Positions 10,442 through 20,419 of a stretch of 64,000 nt of DNA are shown one piece after another. The translations under genes were made by a program, and so were the position numbers. The stretch lies in contig OX597838.1 in the NCBI GenBank assembly GCA_951406725.2, positions 4,092,001 through 4,156,000 of the forward strand, read 5' to 3'. Each line of letters begins with the position of its first letter. Position 1 is the first letter of the stretch. This stretch comes from Octopus vulgaris (Eukaryota). The notes beneath the pieces are model-generated. The model had not been told where the DNA came from. It ran no database searches and saw only the letters and a program-made list of their open reading frames with translations.

Positions 10442-13420
10442 ATGGAGAGTGCAATTGAAAGGAAGCGTCGCTTAGCGAGAGAAAGACAGAGGAATTGCAG
10501 AGCAAGGCTCTCAGCTGAAAAAGCTGCTGCCGTCAGAAAGAAAGATAGAATTCGAGAAGCACATCGCCGTAAAAATGAAACTGCTTTTGAAACTGCTGCA
10601 AGGAGAAAATATCAAAGAGAAAAAATTTTGCAAAGGATTGCAAACGAAACAGAAGAAGAGGCTATTCAAAGACGGCAAAAGAATGCCAATGCAATGAGAG
10701 CTGCCCGGGTAAATAATGCAGGTTTTATACCTGATAATTACACATATTCAGAAAACGGAGTCCACATTCATAACTGTGGAAATATGGATTCCGTTTGCCA
10801 GTTTTGCTCAGGAAAGCATTTTTCAGCTGAGAAACCATCAGATGGACGTTTCAATAATTGTTGTCACAAAGGCAAAATTTTACGTCCTATCAGAAGAGAA
10901 TTTCCACCATATTTAGTTTCATTGTTATCTGATCAAAATCATCCTCATTATAGAAATTTCCAAGAAAACATTCGGTCATATAATTCATCACTGTCATTCA
11001 CTTCGATGGGTGCTCAACTGCAGAATCCACCAGAAAAAGGTCCATCTTGTTTCCGTGTGCATGGACAAATTTACCACAGAGCTTCACATATTTATCCAAA
11101 TGAAGGTAAACAAAGACAATACGCTCAGCTTTATGTTGTAGACAGCACCCAAGCAACAGAAATAAGAGCTCAGGATCATGTCAATTCAGGCTGCCTCCAA
11201 GAAGTGCTCAAAAACTTGATTAATATTATTCTTAAGGACAATGTTTATGCTCAGTGTTTTCAAACACTTCGTGAAATTGAAGTACAAGAAGAACAGCTTG
11301 CTCAAGAAGAAAACATTGATATGCCATGTGTCAATTTAGTATTCAACAGAGATCGTATTAATGACAGAAGGAGATACAATTTGCCAACAGTCAATGAAAT
11401 TGCTATTGTATTCAGAAACGAAGAAGGTGAACCACCATTTCATAGAGATTTTAAAGTGTATCCAAGGAACTCGGAGGTTCCAACCCTAAATCTTGACATC
11501 TTGAGCCCAGAACTTGATCCAATGACATATGTATTGTTTTTCCCACACGGTGAACCAGGATGGCAACCGCACACGGCTGGAAACCGTGAGGACCAGCAAC
11601 GTCAAAACATTTCAATGCTTCAACATAAAATATCTTTAACTGCCGTAAGGGATAATGAATTCAATCCCCTTTTGCACGGGGGAAAACTTTTTCAACAGTG
11701 GGTTGTAGATTCTTACTTGCAAGTTGAAGCTTACAATTTAAATTTCATACGAACACAACAAAACCATCTGAAAGTGGAACAACATCAAGGATTTGCTGAC
11801 CATTTAACCAATGCAGGAAATACTGAAGATGCTCGAATCGGATGGACAGGATCAGCAAGAAATTTGAAAGAACAATACCGAGATGCATTAGCAATTGTGA
11901 GAAAATTTGGCCCACCTGATATATTTCTTACTATGACATGCAATCCTAATTGGCCCGAGATACAAAACAACCTTTTTCCAGGTCAAACAGTTTCCAGTAG
12001 ACCAGATTTAGTTGCCCGGGTTTTCAATATTAAATTGCAGGAGTTAATAATTGATGTAACAAAAAGATATGTGATTGGCCGAGTTGTCGCACATTGTTAC
12101 ACCTTAGAATTTCCAAAGAGCGGACTACCACATGCCCGTTTATTATTAATATTTCATCCAGAAGATAAACCAAACTCAACAGAAAGAATTGACAATATTG
12201 TGTGTGCTGAAATTCCTGACCCAGAGACAGAATCAATACTCTATGAAATTGTTAAGAAATTTATGATTCATGGTCCTTGTGATGAGCAAAACCCTAATGC
12301 ACCATGCATGGAAAATAACAACTGCTCGAAAGGTTTTCCCAAACAATTTCAACAGGAAACCTTTACAAACCAAGATAGTTATCCATCCTACAGAAGACGT
12401 CCGGGTTCAACATTAAACGTTGGTCAGAAAGTAGTGGACAACCGATATGTTGAACCTTATAACAAATATCTAAGTCACAAATACAACTGCCACCTCAATG
12501 TAGACATTTGCACCTTCATCAGGTCTGTGAAATATGTGTACAAAGACTTATACAAAGGCTACGATTCCGTAACTGTAGGCATCAGCGAACACAATGAAAT
12601 CAAGAATTTTCTAGATGCGAGCTGTGTGAGTGCTCCAGAAGGAATGTGGAGATTGCTTGAATTCAAAATGCATGACAAATCCCATACCATTATTCATCTT
12701 CCTGTTCATCTCCCACAGGAACAGCCTGTCTATTTTGAGGAGGGACAAGAAAGACAAGCGCTAGAAAGAGCTGCCCAACACAACACTCCTCTAACAGCAT
12801 GGTTCTTGCTCAACCAAAATGATGAAAACGCAAGACAATATCTGTATGCGGACATTCCTTATCATTATGTCTACAACAAGAAAATGATGCAGTGGACTCC
12901 CAGACAACGTGGAGCTGACAAAATCATAAGTGAAATGTATTCTGTCGACCCCAAGTATCAAGAGAGATTTTACATGAGACTTTTGTTGCTGCATGTTAAA
13001 GGATCTCGAAGTTTTGAAGAACTGAAAACCGTGGATGACGTCATATGTGGCAGCTATAAAGAAGCGGCAGAGCGCCGGCAGTTGGTTCAAAATGATGATG
13101 AGTGGAGAAGATGCCTAGAAGAGGCTTCATTGACAAATATGCCACAGGAGCTCCGGCAGCTGTTTGCACACATTTGTATTTTCAATAATCCAGTCAATCC
13201 TGATGTACTCTTCAACAGCTTTGAGGAAAGCTTGATTGAAGACTTCCTTACAAATCACAGCAGAACAATCTCAGTACAACTGGCTTTACGAGAAATTGAA
13301 ACAACATTGTCCTTGCATGGTTTGACATGCCAAGAGTTGCATCTTCCAATTGACGATATGTCTTTGACGGAAGCCCAGAATGTAAAGCAAATCCAGGACA
13401 ACCTTGAAGTGGAAGCATAA
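10442..13420 (+). CDS. Helitron Rep-derived protein, 992 aa: STPR-like repeats + Zn finger + Rep/HUH domain with substituted catalytic residues
   Basis: Single open frame from an ATG in good context (aataATGG). Helitron motifs present: CxxC...CCxKG, FQENIRSYNS, HGQIYH, YAQLY, DPMTYVLFFPHGEPGW, LFQQWVVD, FLTMTCNPNWPEI (motif 1), RPDLVARVF, EFPKSGLPHAR (motif 2), MIHGPC, KYVYKDLYKG (motif 3), LPVHLP, ERFYMRLLL. Confidence 0.9.
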   Translation: MESAIERKRRLARERQRNCRARLSAEKAAAVRKKDRIREAHRRKNETAFETAARRKYQREKILQRIANETEEEAIQRRQKNANAMRAARVNNAGFIPDNYTYSENGVHIHNCGNMDSVCQFCSGKHFSAEKPSDGRFNNCCHKGKILRPIRREFPPYLVSLLSDQNHPHYRNFQENIRSYNSSLSFTSMGAQLQNPPEKGPSCFRVHGQIYHRASHIYPNEGKQRQYAQLYVVDSTQATEIRAQDHVNSGCLQEVLKNLINIILKDNVYAQCFQTLREIEVQEEQLAQEENIDMPCVNLVFNRDRINDRRRYNLPTVNEIAIVFRNEEGEPPFHRDFKVYPRNSEVPTLNLDILSPELDPMTYVLFFPHGEPGWQPHTAGNREDQQRQNISMLQHKISLTAVRDNEFNPLLHGGKLFQQWVVDSYLQVEAYNLNFIRTQQNHLKVEQHQGFADHLTNAGNTEDARIGWTGSARNLKEQYRDALAIVRKFGPPDIFLTMTCNPNWPEIQNNLFPGQTVSSRPDLVARVFNIKLQELIIDVTKRYVIGRVVAHCYTLEFPKSGLPHARLLLIFHPEDKPNSTERIDNIVCAEIPDPETESILYEIVKKFMIHGPCDEQNPNAPCMENNNCSKGFPKQFQQETFTNQDSYPSYRRRPGSTLNVGQKVVDNRYVEPYNKYLSHKYNCHLNVDICTFIRSVKYVYKDLYKGYDSVTVGISEHNEIKNFLDASCVSAPEGMWRLLEFKMHDKSHTIIHLPVHLPQEQPVYFEEGQERQALERAAQHNTPLTAWFLLNQNDENARQYLYADIPYHYVYNKKMMQWTPRQRGADKIISEMYSVDPKYQERFYMRLLLLHVKGSRSFEELKTVDDVICGSYKEAAERRQLVQNDDEWRRCLEEASLTNMPQELRQLFAHICIFNNPVNPDVLFNSFEESLIEDFLTNHSRTISVQLALREIETTLSLHGLTCQELHLPIDDMSLTEAQNVKQIQDNLEVEA

Positions 13421-14760
13421 ATTACTTCTTTCACAGACAATCAGCGTCGTGTGTTTGATCAAATTATCACAGCTATTGACAACGAACACCGACCCAGCAG
13501 ATTTTTCTTCTTAGATGGCCCTGATGGAACAGGAAAAATGTACCTCTACAATACCTTGATATCGCATTTGAGTCGTCAGGGAAAGCGTGTTCTCTCATTT
13601 GCTACAACAGGCATTATGGCTGATCTGTTGCCTCAAGGAAGAACTGTACACAATGGCTTTAAGCTCCCAGTCCCGATCTTGGAAAATTCTACATCATTGA
13701 TGAAGATTCCATCACAGCGTTCTGAAGAATTAAAATTAGCTGACCTGATAATAATAATTGATGAGGCATCAATGCTTTCAGGAAATACATTGAGGTGCAT
13801 TGATCTACTGCTAAAGGAAATAATGAGCTGCCATAAGCCTTTTGGTGGTAAAGGTCTCCTTCTTGGCGGAGACTTTAGGCAAACTGCACCAGCTGTTCCG
13901 AGAGGGTCGGATGCTGCTAGAATTGAATCTTCTGTCGAATATTCTCCTCTGTGGAAAGATGTGACAATTTTTACTTTAACAGGGAATATATGAATAAATG
14001 GACAAGAAGAATTCAATGCATGGCTTCTCAGCACAGGAAATGGAACAGTTACTATGATGTGGGCTTAGATGAAAATCTAATAGAAATACCTGAAACCATG
14101 ATTTCGTCTGGAAATTTGATAAGAGACATATTTGGCAAAGAGATTTCTGTAGTAAGTAAAGGCAATATTGATGAAATTTCTACAAAAATGATTTCAACAC
14201 CAAAAATCAAAGATTCGCTCGAATTGAATACCAAGATATTATCACTTCCAGATGGAGTCTTACAGATCTATCAAAGTGTTGATGTGTTTGTTGGCTGACG
14301 AAAGCAATGAGAATATCATGAATTATCCGATGCTCCCCGTACAATCTAGAACTGAAGAAAAATTCCATTGCGGTTTTGCTGAGAAATTTGGACACTGCTA
14401 ATGGCTTGCTGAATGGAACTCGATTTTTGGTTTTATCTCCTAAAAATCATTCTTGACAGTAAGAAAGGAAGTGAAGCTTTCATACCATGAGTTGACCTGC
14501 GTCCAAGTGAAATAGATCTACCCTTCAATATGAGGAGGCAGAAGTTCCCTGTGATACCAGCTTTTGCCATGACCATAAACAAATGGCAAGGACAGAGCTT
14601 CGAAAAAGTTGGTATTTACTTGCCAGCTCCTGTATTTAGTCACGGTGAGCTTTATGTGGCCTTAAGTCGTATAAAAAGGAAGGAAAACTTTAAAATTCGT
14701 TTTGACGGAAACAAGCAGTCAAGGGATGTTAGTTGCAAATGGATCTTTCACGCAAAATTT
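13421..14760 (+). pseudogene. Decayed PIF1-family helicase half of the Helitron RepHel
   Basis: Continues in frame after TAA 13418-20. Motifs GPDGTGKM (Walker A), [58 protein letters not shown]. Interrupted by TGA at 13991-93 and 14488-90 and by frameshifts or deletions near 14050, 14295-14330 and 14440. Confidence 0.9.
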
Positions 14761-15284
14761 GATAATAAAAGAATTATTAAACTAAAAATTTGGTTTTGTA
14801 CCTTATTTATTTATAAAATATTACAATTAGCCATCGTTTTTGACAGCACGGGGCCAGTTAATATATTTATAATATAGCTATATAGACTGATGATACAGTA
14901 TGGACGGATTTTCGAAGTCCAATAATACCCTGTACACCTATTTGATTATGAAGATTTACAAACATACTTTCTCAGTGAAACTCAATATACCTACCATTAT
15001 AGATAATACCAAATGTTCCTTTTCGGACTTTTCATAATGTGATACAGGTCTTTGGTATAGCAATTGCATGTGGCTGAAGAGCTTTAAACCATCTGTTATG
15101 TCGATTATACATTGATGTAAGAATAAGTTGTTTTATAAAGCTTGAAACACGTGTACCACGACATCCTTTGTGTTCTGTTTTTTATTTCATTTGATACATA
15201 TGTCCTCTCACCTCTGCTACTAGCTGGCATATACAGGTGCTTACATTTATCAAGTATTCACCCTGAATTTATATATATATATAT

Positions 15285-16819
15285 CTGTCCAACCCATGCT
15301 AGCATGGAAAGCGGACGTTAAACGATGATGATGATGATATGTATACAAAGATTGCTTCCCAACCACATGGTTCCAGGTTCAGTCCCACTACATAATGGCA
15401 CCTTGGGCAAATGTGTTCAACTATAGCCTCAAGTTGACCAAAGCCTTGTGAGTGGATTTGGTGGACGGAAACTGAAAGAAACCTATCATGTATACATGTA
15501 TATAAATATATATATATATTGTGTGTGTGTGTCTTTGTTTTTGTGTTTGTCCACCACCACCACCAAAAAACTTATATTTTCATCCCCCAAAATTGCTGGC
15601 CTTGTGCCAAAATTTGAAACCAATAATCTTTTCCTTCAGAACAGCTTATAACCTAATAGGGATGGATACAAGAAGTTTGTTAAATATCTAAACAATTGGG
15701 AAAAGTTGTTGTTAACCCTTTTAGCACCAACCCCTGCATCTATGATACAAACTTCTTGTGTTTAAAGGGATTTAAGTTAAAACCTTCCATCACAATTTCC
15801 TGTTGATTTATATTCCAAACGCCAGATTAATATTGCTTTCAAATTTTAGCACAAGGCCAGCAATTTCAGAAGAAGGGGTAAGTTGGTCACATCAATCCCA
15901 GTGCTCGACTGGTCCTTATTTTATTGACCCTGAAAGGATGAAAGGCAAAAATCTACCTCAGCAGAATTTGAACTCAAGACATAAAGATGAGCAAAATGCC
16001 ACTAAGCATTTCACCTGGCATGCTAACGATTCTGCCCGCTCTTTACCTGAAGTTAGGGGTGGTGGGTGGGGCTAATCGATTACATGGACCCAGTACTCAA
16101 CTGGTTCTTGTCTCGGAGTGGCTGGCGTTAGGAAGGGCATCCAGCTGTAGAAACTTTACCAGATCAGATTGGGGCCTGGTGCAGCCTCCTGGCTTCCCAG
16201 ATCCCACTTGAACCGTCCAACCCATGCCAGCATGGAAAACGGACGTTAAACGATGATGATGATGTATGTGTGTTGTGTGTCTGTGTTTGTTTCCTCATTA
16301 CCACTTGACAACCAGTGTTGGCATCTTTACATCCCCATAACTTAGAAGTTTGGCAAAAGAGACCAATAGCATTATTAGTACAGTGGATCAATTCATTCAA
16401 CTAAACATTCAGGACAGTATCTCAGCATGGCTGCAGTCCAATGACTGAAACATGTAACAAGTAACAAAAAAAGAAAAAGTCAAAATTAAGCACAGAAAAG
16501 TGGTTTTGCTTCATGGCTTTGCAAAAAAAAAATCTCTTCTCTTGCTGCGAGAAGCAGAGACACCCCACCCTCCCAGTGGCACTTTTGACAAAAGACACTA
16601 TTCTTTTATTTGTTTCAATCATTTGACTGTGACCATGCTGGAGCATAGCCTTTAGTCAAACAAATCGATCCCGGGACTTATTCTTTATAAGCCTAGTACT
16701 TATTCTATCGGTCTGTTTTGCAGAACCGCTAAGTTACGGGGACGTAAACACACCAGCATTGGTTGTCAAGTGATGGTGGGGGTAGGGGACAAACACAAAA
16801 CACACACACACATATATAC

Positions 16820-16852
<33 letters not shown>

Positions 16853-17020
16853 CATATATGACGGGCTTCTTTCAGTTTCTGTCTAGCAAATCCACTCCCA
16901 AGGCTTTGGTCGGCCCAAGGCCTTAGTAGAAGACACTTGCCCAAGGTGCCACACAGTGGGACTGAACCTGGAACCATGTGGTTGGTAAGCAAGCTACTTA
17001 CCACACAGCATCTCCTGCAC
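15285..17020. mobile_element. Mixed SINE cluster (families A, B, C; both orientations)
   Basis: Family C tails (ccaacccatgc..ggacgttaaacgatgatg) at 15285-15340 and 16110-16262; B at 15350-15560 (+) and 16600-17020 (-); A at 15830-16100 (-). Confidence 0.85.
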
Positions 17021-17719
17021 CTATTTTCTTAATTTTTTTTGCCACATATTTCATGAAATATCTCTTTGTAGAGCAAGAATGAAATATTTTTATGAAAACC
17101 GTATCTTCTGTAGGGGATACAGAAAAAAGTAGCATTGCTGAGGCAGAAAATATCAATGCTATTTTTTGATGGATAATTAATCTCATTATGGGAATGACCA
17201 TTAAACTTTAATCGTGCAAAGGATCAAATGCCCCAGCTTGAGCAGGAACAATTAATGCCCTTTTTCTCTTTACAAATGTCAATGATCCACAGAACCACTG
17301 TTACTCTGTCAGGTACAACAATACCAAGGGTTTCATTTGACCCAATCAACAGAACAGCCTGCTTGTGAAATTTCACGTGCAAGCGGCTGAGCGTTCCACA
17401 GACATGCATACCCTTAACCTTTTAGCATTCAGTTTATCGTATGTAATGTTTTTTATTCACATTTTACCAACCACATGATTCGTATATTTTCTCATCCTGG
17501 GCCCTGAAAAGAAAGTTTAATCCTGGGAGATGTTATGGTGCTAGTTACCACCATGGAATCAGAACATGAAGACAAGCATCTGAACTCATTTTAATGACTT
17601 TTACCATTTTCCTTTTCTTTTTTCTTTATTGATGATGAGGACTCAGTCAGAGGGGGAAGTTTTGTTGTGATTGGTTTGTTCAGAGAACATTCTACCAAAT
17701 TCTCTAATCTTGGAATTAC

Positions 17720-17939
17720 TTTTAACCTTTTCATTACCATATTTCTCTTGAGATGCTCTGTGTTTCTTTCAATTAATTTTAAATATAACAAAGAATTTAA
17801 TAAGATGACTTAGTTATCATTCAGCTAGTGTTAGGAACATAAATTGTGACTAAGGTTTAGTGGAAGATTTTAATCCAAAACTTATGAAAACAAGACATTT
17901 GTACTCAGAGCCAGAGCCGGGTTGGTATCGAAAGGGTAA
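17720..17939. mobile_element. TTAA-flanked piggyBac-type MITE family 1
   Basis: ttaacc(c)tttt...aaagggt(t)aa ends; homologous copies at about 2400-2621, 28416-28641, 35165-35378, 58885-59081 and 62266-62483. Confidence 0.7.
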
Positions 17940-18104
17940 GTGTGGCATGAATTCTTTAGCCCCGTGCCAATTTTACTACCTGATGTCAAAGTGGCTGCCA
18001 TGCAATAATGTTTAGTCCTGATCTAGTGAACATTATGATTAAAGACTTTGAAACAGTGACCATCCAGTTGATCTTTTCTTCTAAAGAAATGTCAAAGGCT
18101 CAGA

Positions 18105-18650
18105 GATGGTTGTGGTAAGTAGCTTGCTTCCCAACCGCATGGTTCTGAGTTCAGTCCCACTAGATGGGCAACCAGAGCCTTGTGAGTGGACTCAGTAGAC
18201 AGAACCTTAAAGAAATATGTCATATATGTGTGTGTGTTTGCCCTCACCTCCAACTGACAGCTGGTGTTAGTTTGTTTATGTTCCTTTAATGTAGTAGTTT
18301 GTGGAGGTGTGAGGCTTAGTGGTTAGGGTGTTGAACTTATGACTGTAAGGTTGTTTCAATTCCTGGACCGGGCGATGCGTTGTATTCTTGAGCAAAGCAC
18401 TTAATTTCATGTTGCTCCAGGTGGGGAATTTCTACGCCACTGAAACCGGGACACCAGCCCTTATGAGCCTGACATGGCTTGAGAAGGAACATTTATTTAA
18501 TGTAGTAGTTCAGCAGGAAACCAATAGAATAAGTACCAGATTTTTTAACAAAAACAACGTATTGGGGTTAATTTTTTCAACTAAGCCTTTCAAGGTAGCA
18601 TCCCAGCCTGACCGCAGTCCAGTGATTGAAACGAGTAAAAGATAAAAGGG
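18105..18650 (+). mobile_element. SINE family B with a different tRNA-derived SINE (about 18303-18490) nested inside
   Basis: B sequence is interrupted at aatgtagtagtt, which is duplicated on both sides of the insert; insert has head ggcttagtggttaggg..ttcaattcc and ttcttgagcaaagcactt. Confidence 0.65.
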
Positions 18651-19229
18651 CTATAATTATCCATTGTATCCCAGCCCTGCCCCCACCTCATTCTGGAAAC
18701 TGGGCTTTGAGCTAGGTCTGGCTGCAAGTTGCAGAAAGTTGTGAAACTGTAGAGGGTCCCTAATTAGATTGTAAGAGGAACAAATAGTAATGAGGAGTCC
18801 TCTGATTAGCAGTTGACTGACCGATCCAATTGTTGAATTAATATTTAAGGAGCTGAGAACAGGAGACCAATGTACCGTTTATGAAATAAAATAATGTGAT
18901 ACAAAATATCAAAGCAAGATCTTTGGAGTTAGAGGTGCAATCCATTTGACAAGGTTTCGTAGTTTGTCTGGTTTCACTTACAAACTCTGGATTGACTGGT
19001 GGCTATAGTAAAAAAACTTGTTCAAGAGGTCATGCAGCAGGACTGAATATGGCATCTTTGTGAAGCAAACTTCTTTAACCACTCAGCCATATTAAATTGA
19101 GCAGAAGGCAGTGAGCTGACAGAATTTTTGCCCCTGCCAGGGGGGACATGGTAACAAGGGACAACCACATCATAAAAACTTATAGAAATCAACTTTGATG
19201 TAGTTTAAGTTTGGTCAAGTAGAGGTCAG

Positions 19230-19450
19230 CACAAGGCAGCGAGCTGGCAAAAAGCGTTTGTATGCCAGGTGAAATGCTTAGCAGTATTTTGTCTGGCTTT
19301 ACGTTCTGAGTTCAAATTCCGCCGAGACTGACGTTGTCTTTCATCCTTTTGGGGTCGATAACTTAAGTACCAGTTGCATACTGGGGTCAATCTAATTGAC
19401 TGCCCCCCACTTTCCAAAAATTTCGGGCTTTGTGCCTTGAGTAGAAAAGT
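19230..19450 (+). mobile_element. SINE family A
   Basis: Consensus match. Confidence 0.85.
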
Positions 19451-20419
19451 ATAAGGCCAGCACATACTGCAATAATGGAGAACTCCTACAAATGAGACGA
19501 CCTTCCCACTTCTGCTTAAATAGCAGAGGCTCTCATGTCGGGCCAAATTGCAGTCTTTGATGTCAAGAATCAGACATGGCTGCATTGGTAAGAAGTCTGT
19601 TCCCCAATTACATTGTTTCAAGTTTAGTTCTACTGAACAACTTGGGCAAATGCCTGTTGTAACCCCAGGCCAACCAAAACCTTATGAGTGGTTCTGATAG
19701 AAGGGAAACTGTAAGAAGCCTGTCGTATATATGTGAGCATGCATGTGTATGCCTGTGTTGACATTGAATGATAGCTGTAAACGAGTGTCACTGTCATACA
19801 AGCAGTGTCATTCATTCCCAATGTACTACAAGGACATGTCTGGTTATTCGGGTAAATATTACTTTGCATGGAAAGAGGAAAGGCATCAGGCTGAAGACAT
19901 CCTCCTGCAATTAAATTTGTCTCGCCCATGCAAGCATGGAAAAGTAGATGCTAGAGATAGCTGCTCTCAAAGCCACAACACAGGTCTCCAATGGACATGC
20001 TTCTCTCTACCCTCCTACACACACTAACCATCAGAGATATTTAAAGTGTAGGTCATTTATAGCAATGTTTATGATCTTTAGAAGCAACTGCAGTGAAATG
20101 AATACAACTAGATTAGTTGGAAGCAGGAGAAATGAGGCCTACACACATAGGACTCTAAATGGTTTGTTTCTTCAGATTGGCAGAAAGACTAATGTATCTG
20201 GTGACAACTATAGCTAGATCCAGTGCAAAGCTAAATAACAATAATAATTACTAAAGTCTTTGAAATGGTACATTAAAATAAATTGGCAACTTCTAGGATT
20301 TTTGAAATTTTTTTTTTTTGTTTGTTTTGCATGTTGTGTTGTAACTCTGCACAAAATATGCATAATTTATATTTAAAAAAAAAAAAAAAAAAAAAAAGGA
20401 AAATCAATCACAGTAAGTC

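Larger units (their letters stand above)
9179..14862 (+). mobile_element. Extent of the ancestral Helitron (boundaries tentative)
   Basis: Degenerate 3' end gcc..gcacggggccagttaat (14830-14862) resembles the Helitron hairpin + CTAG end. A possible 5' TC start at a|tctattt (9179) is weakly supported. Confidence 0.4.
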
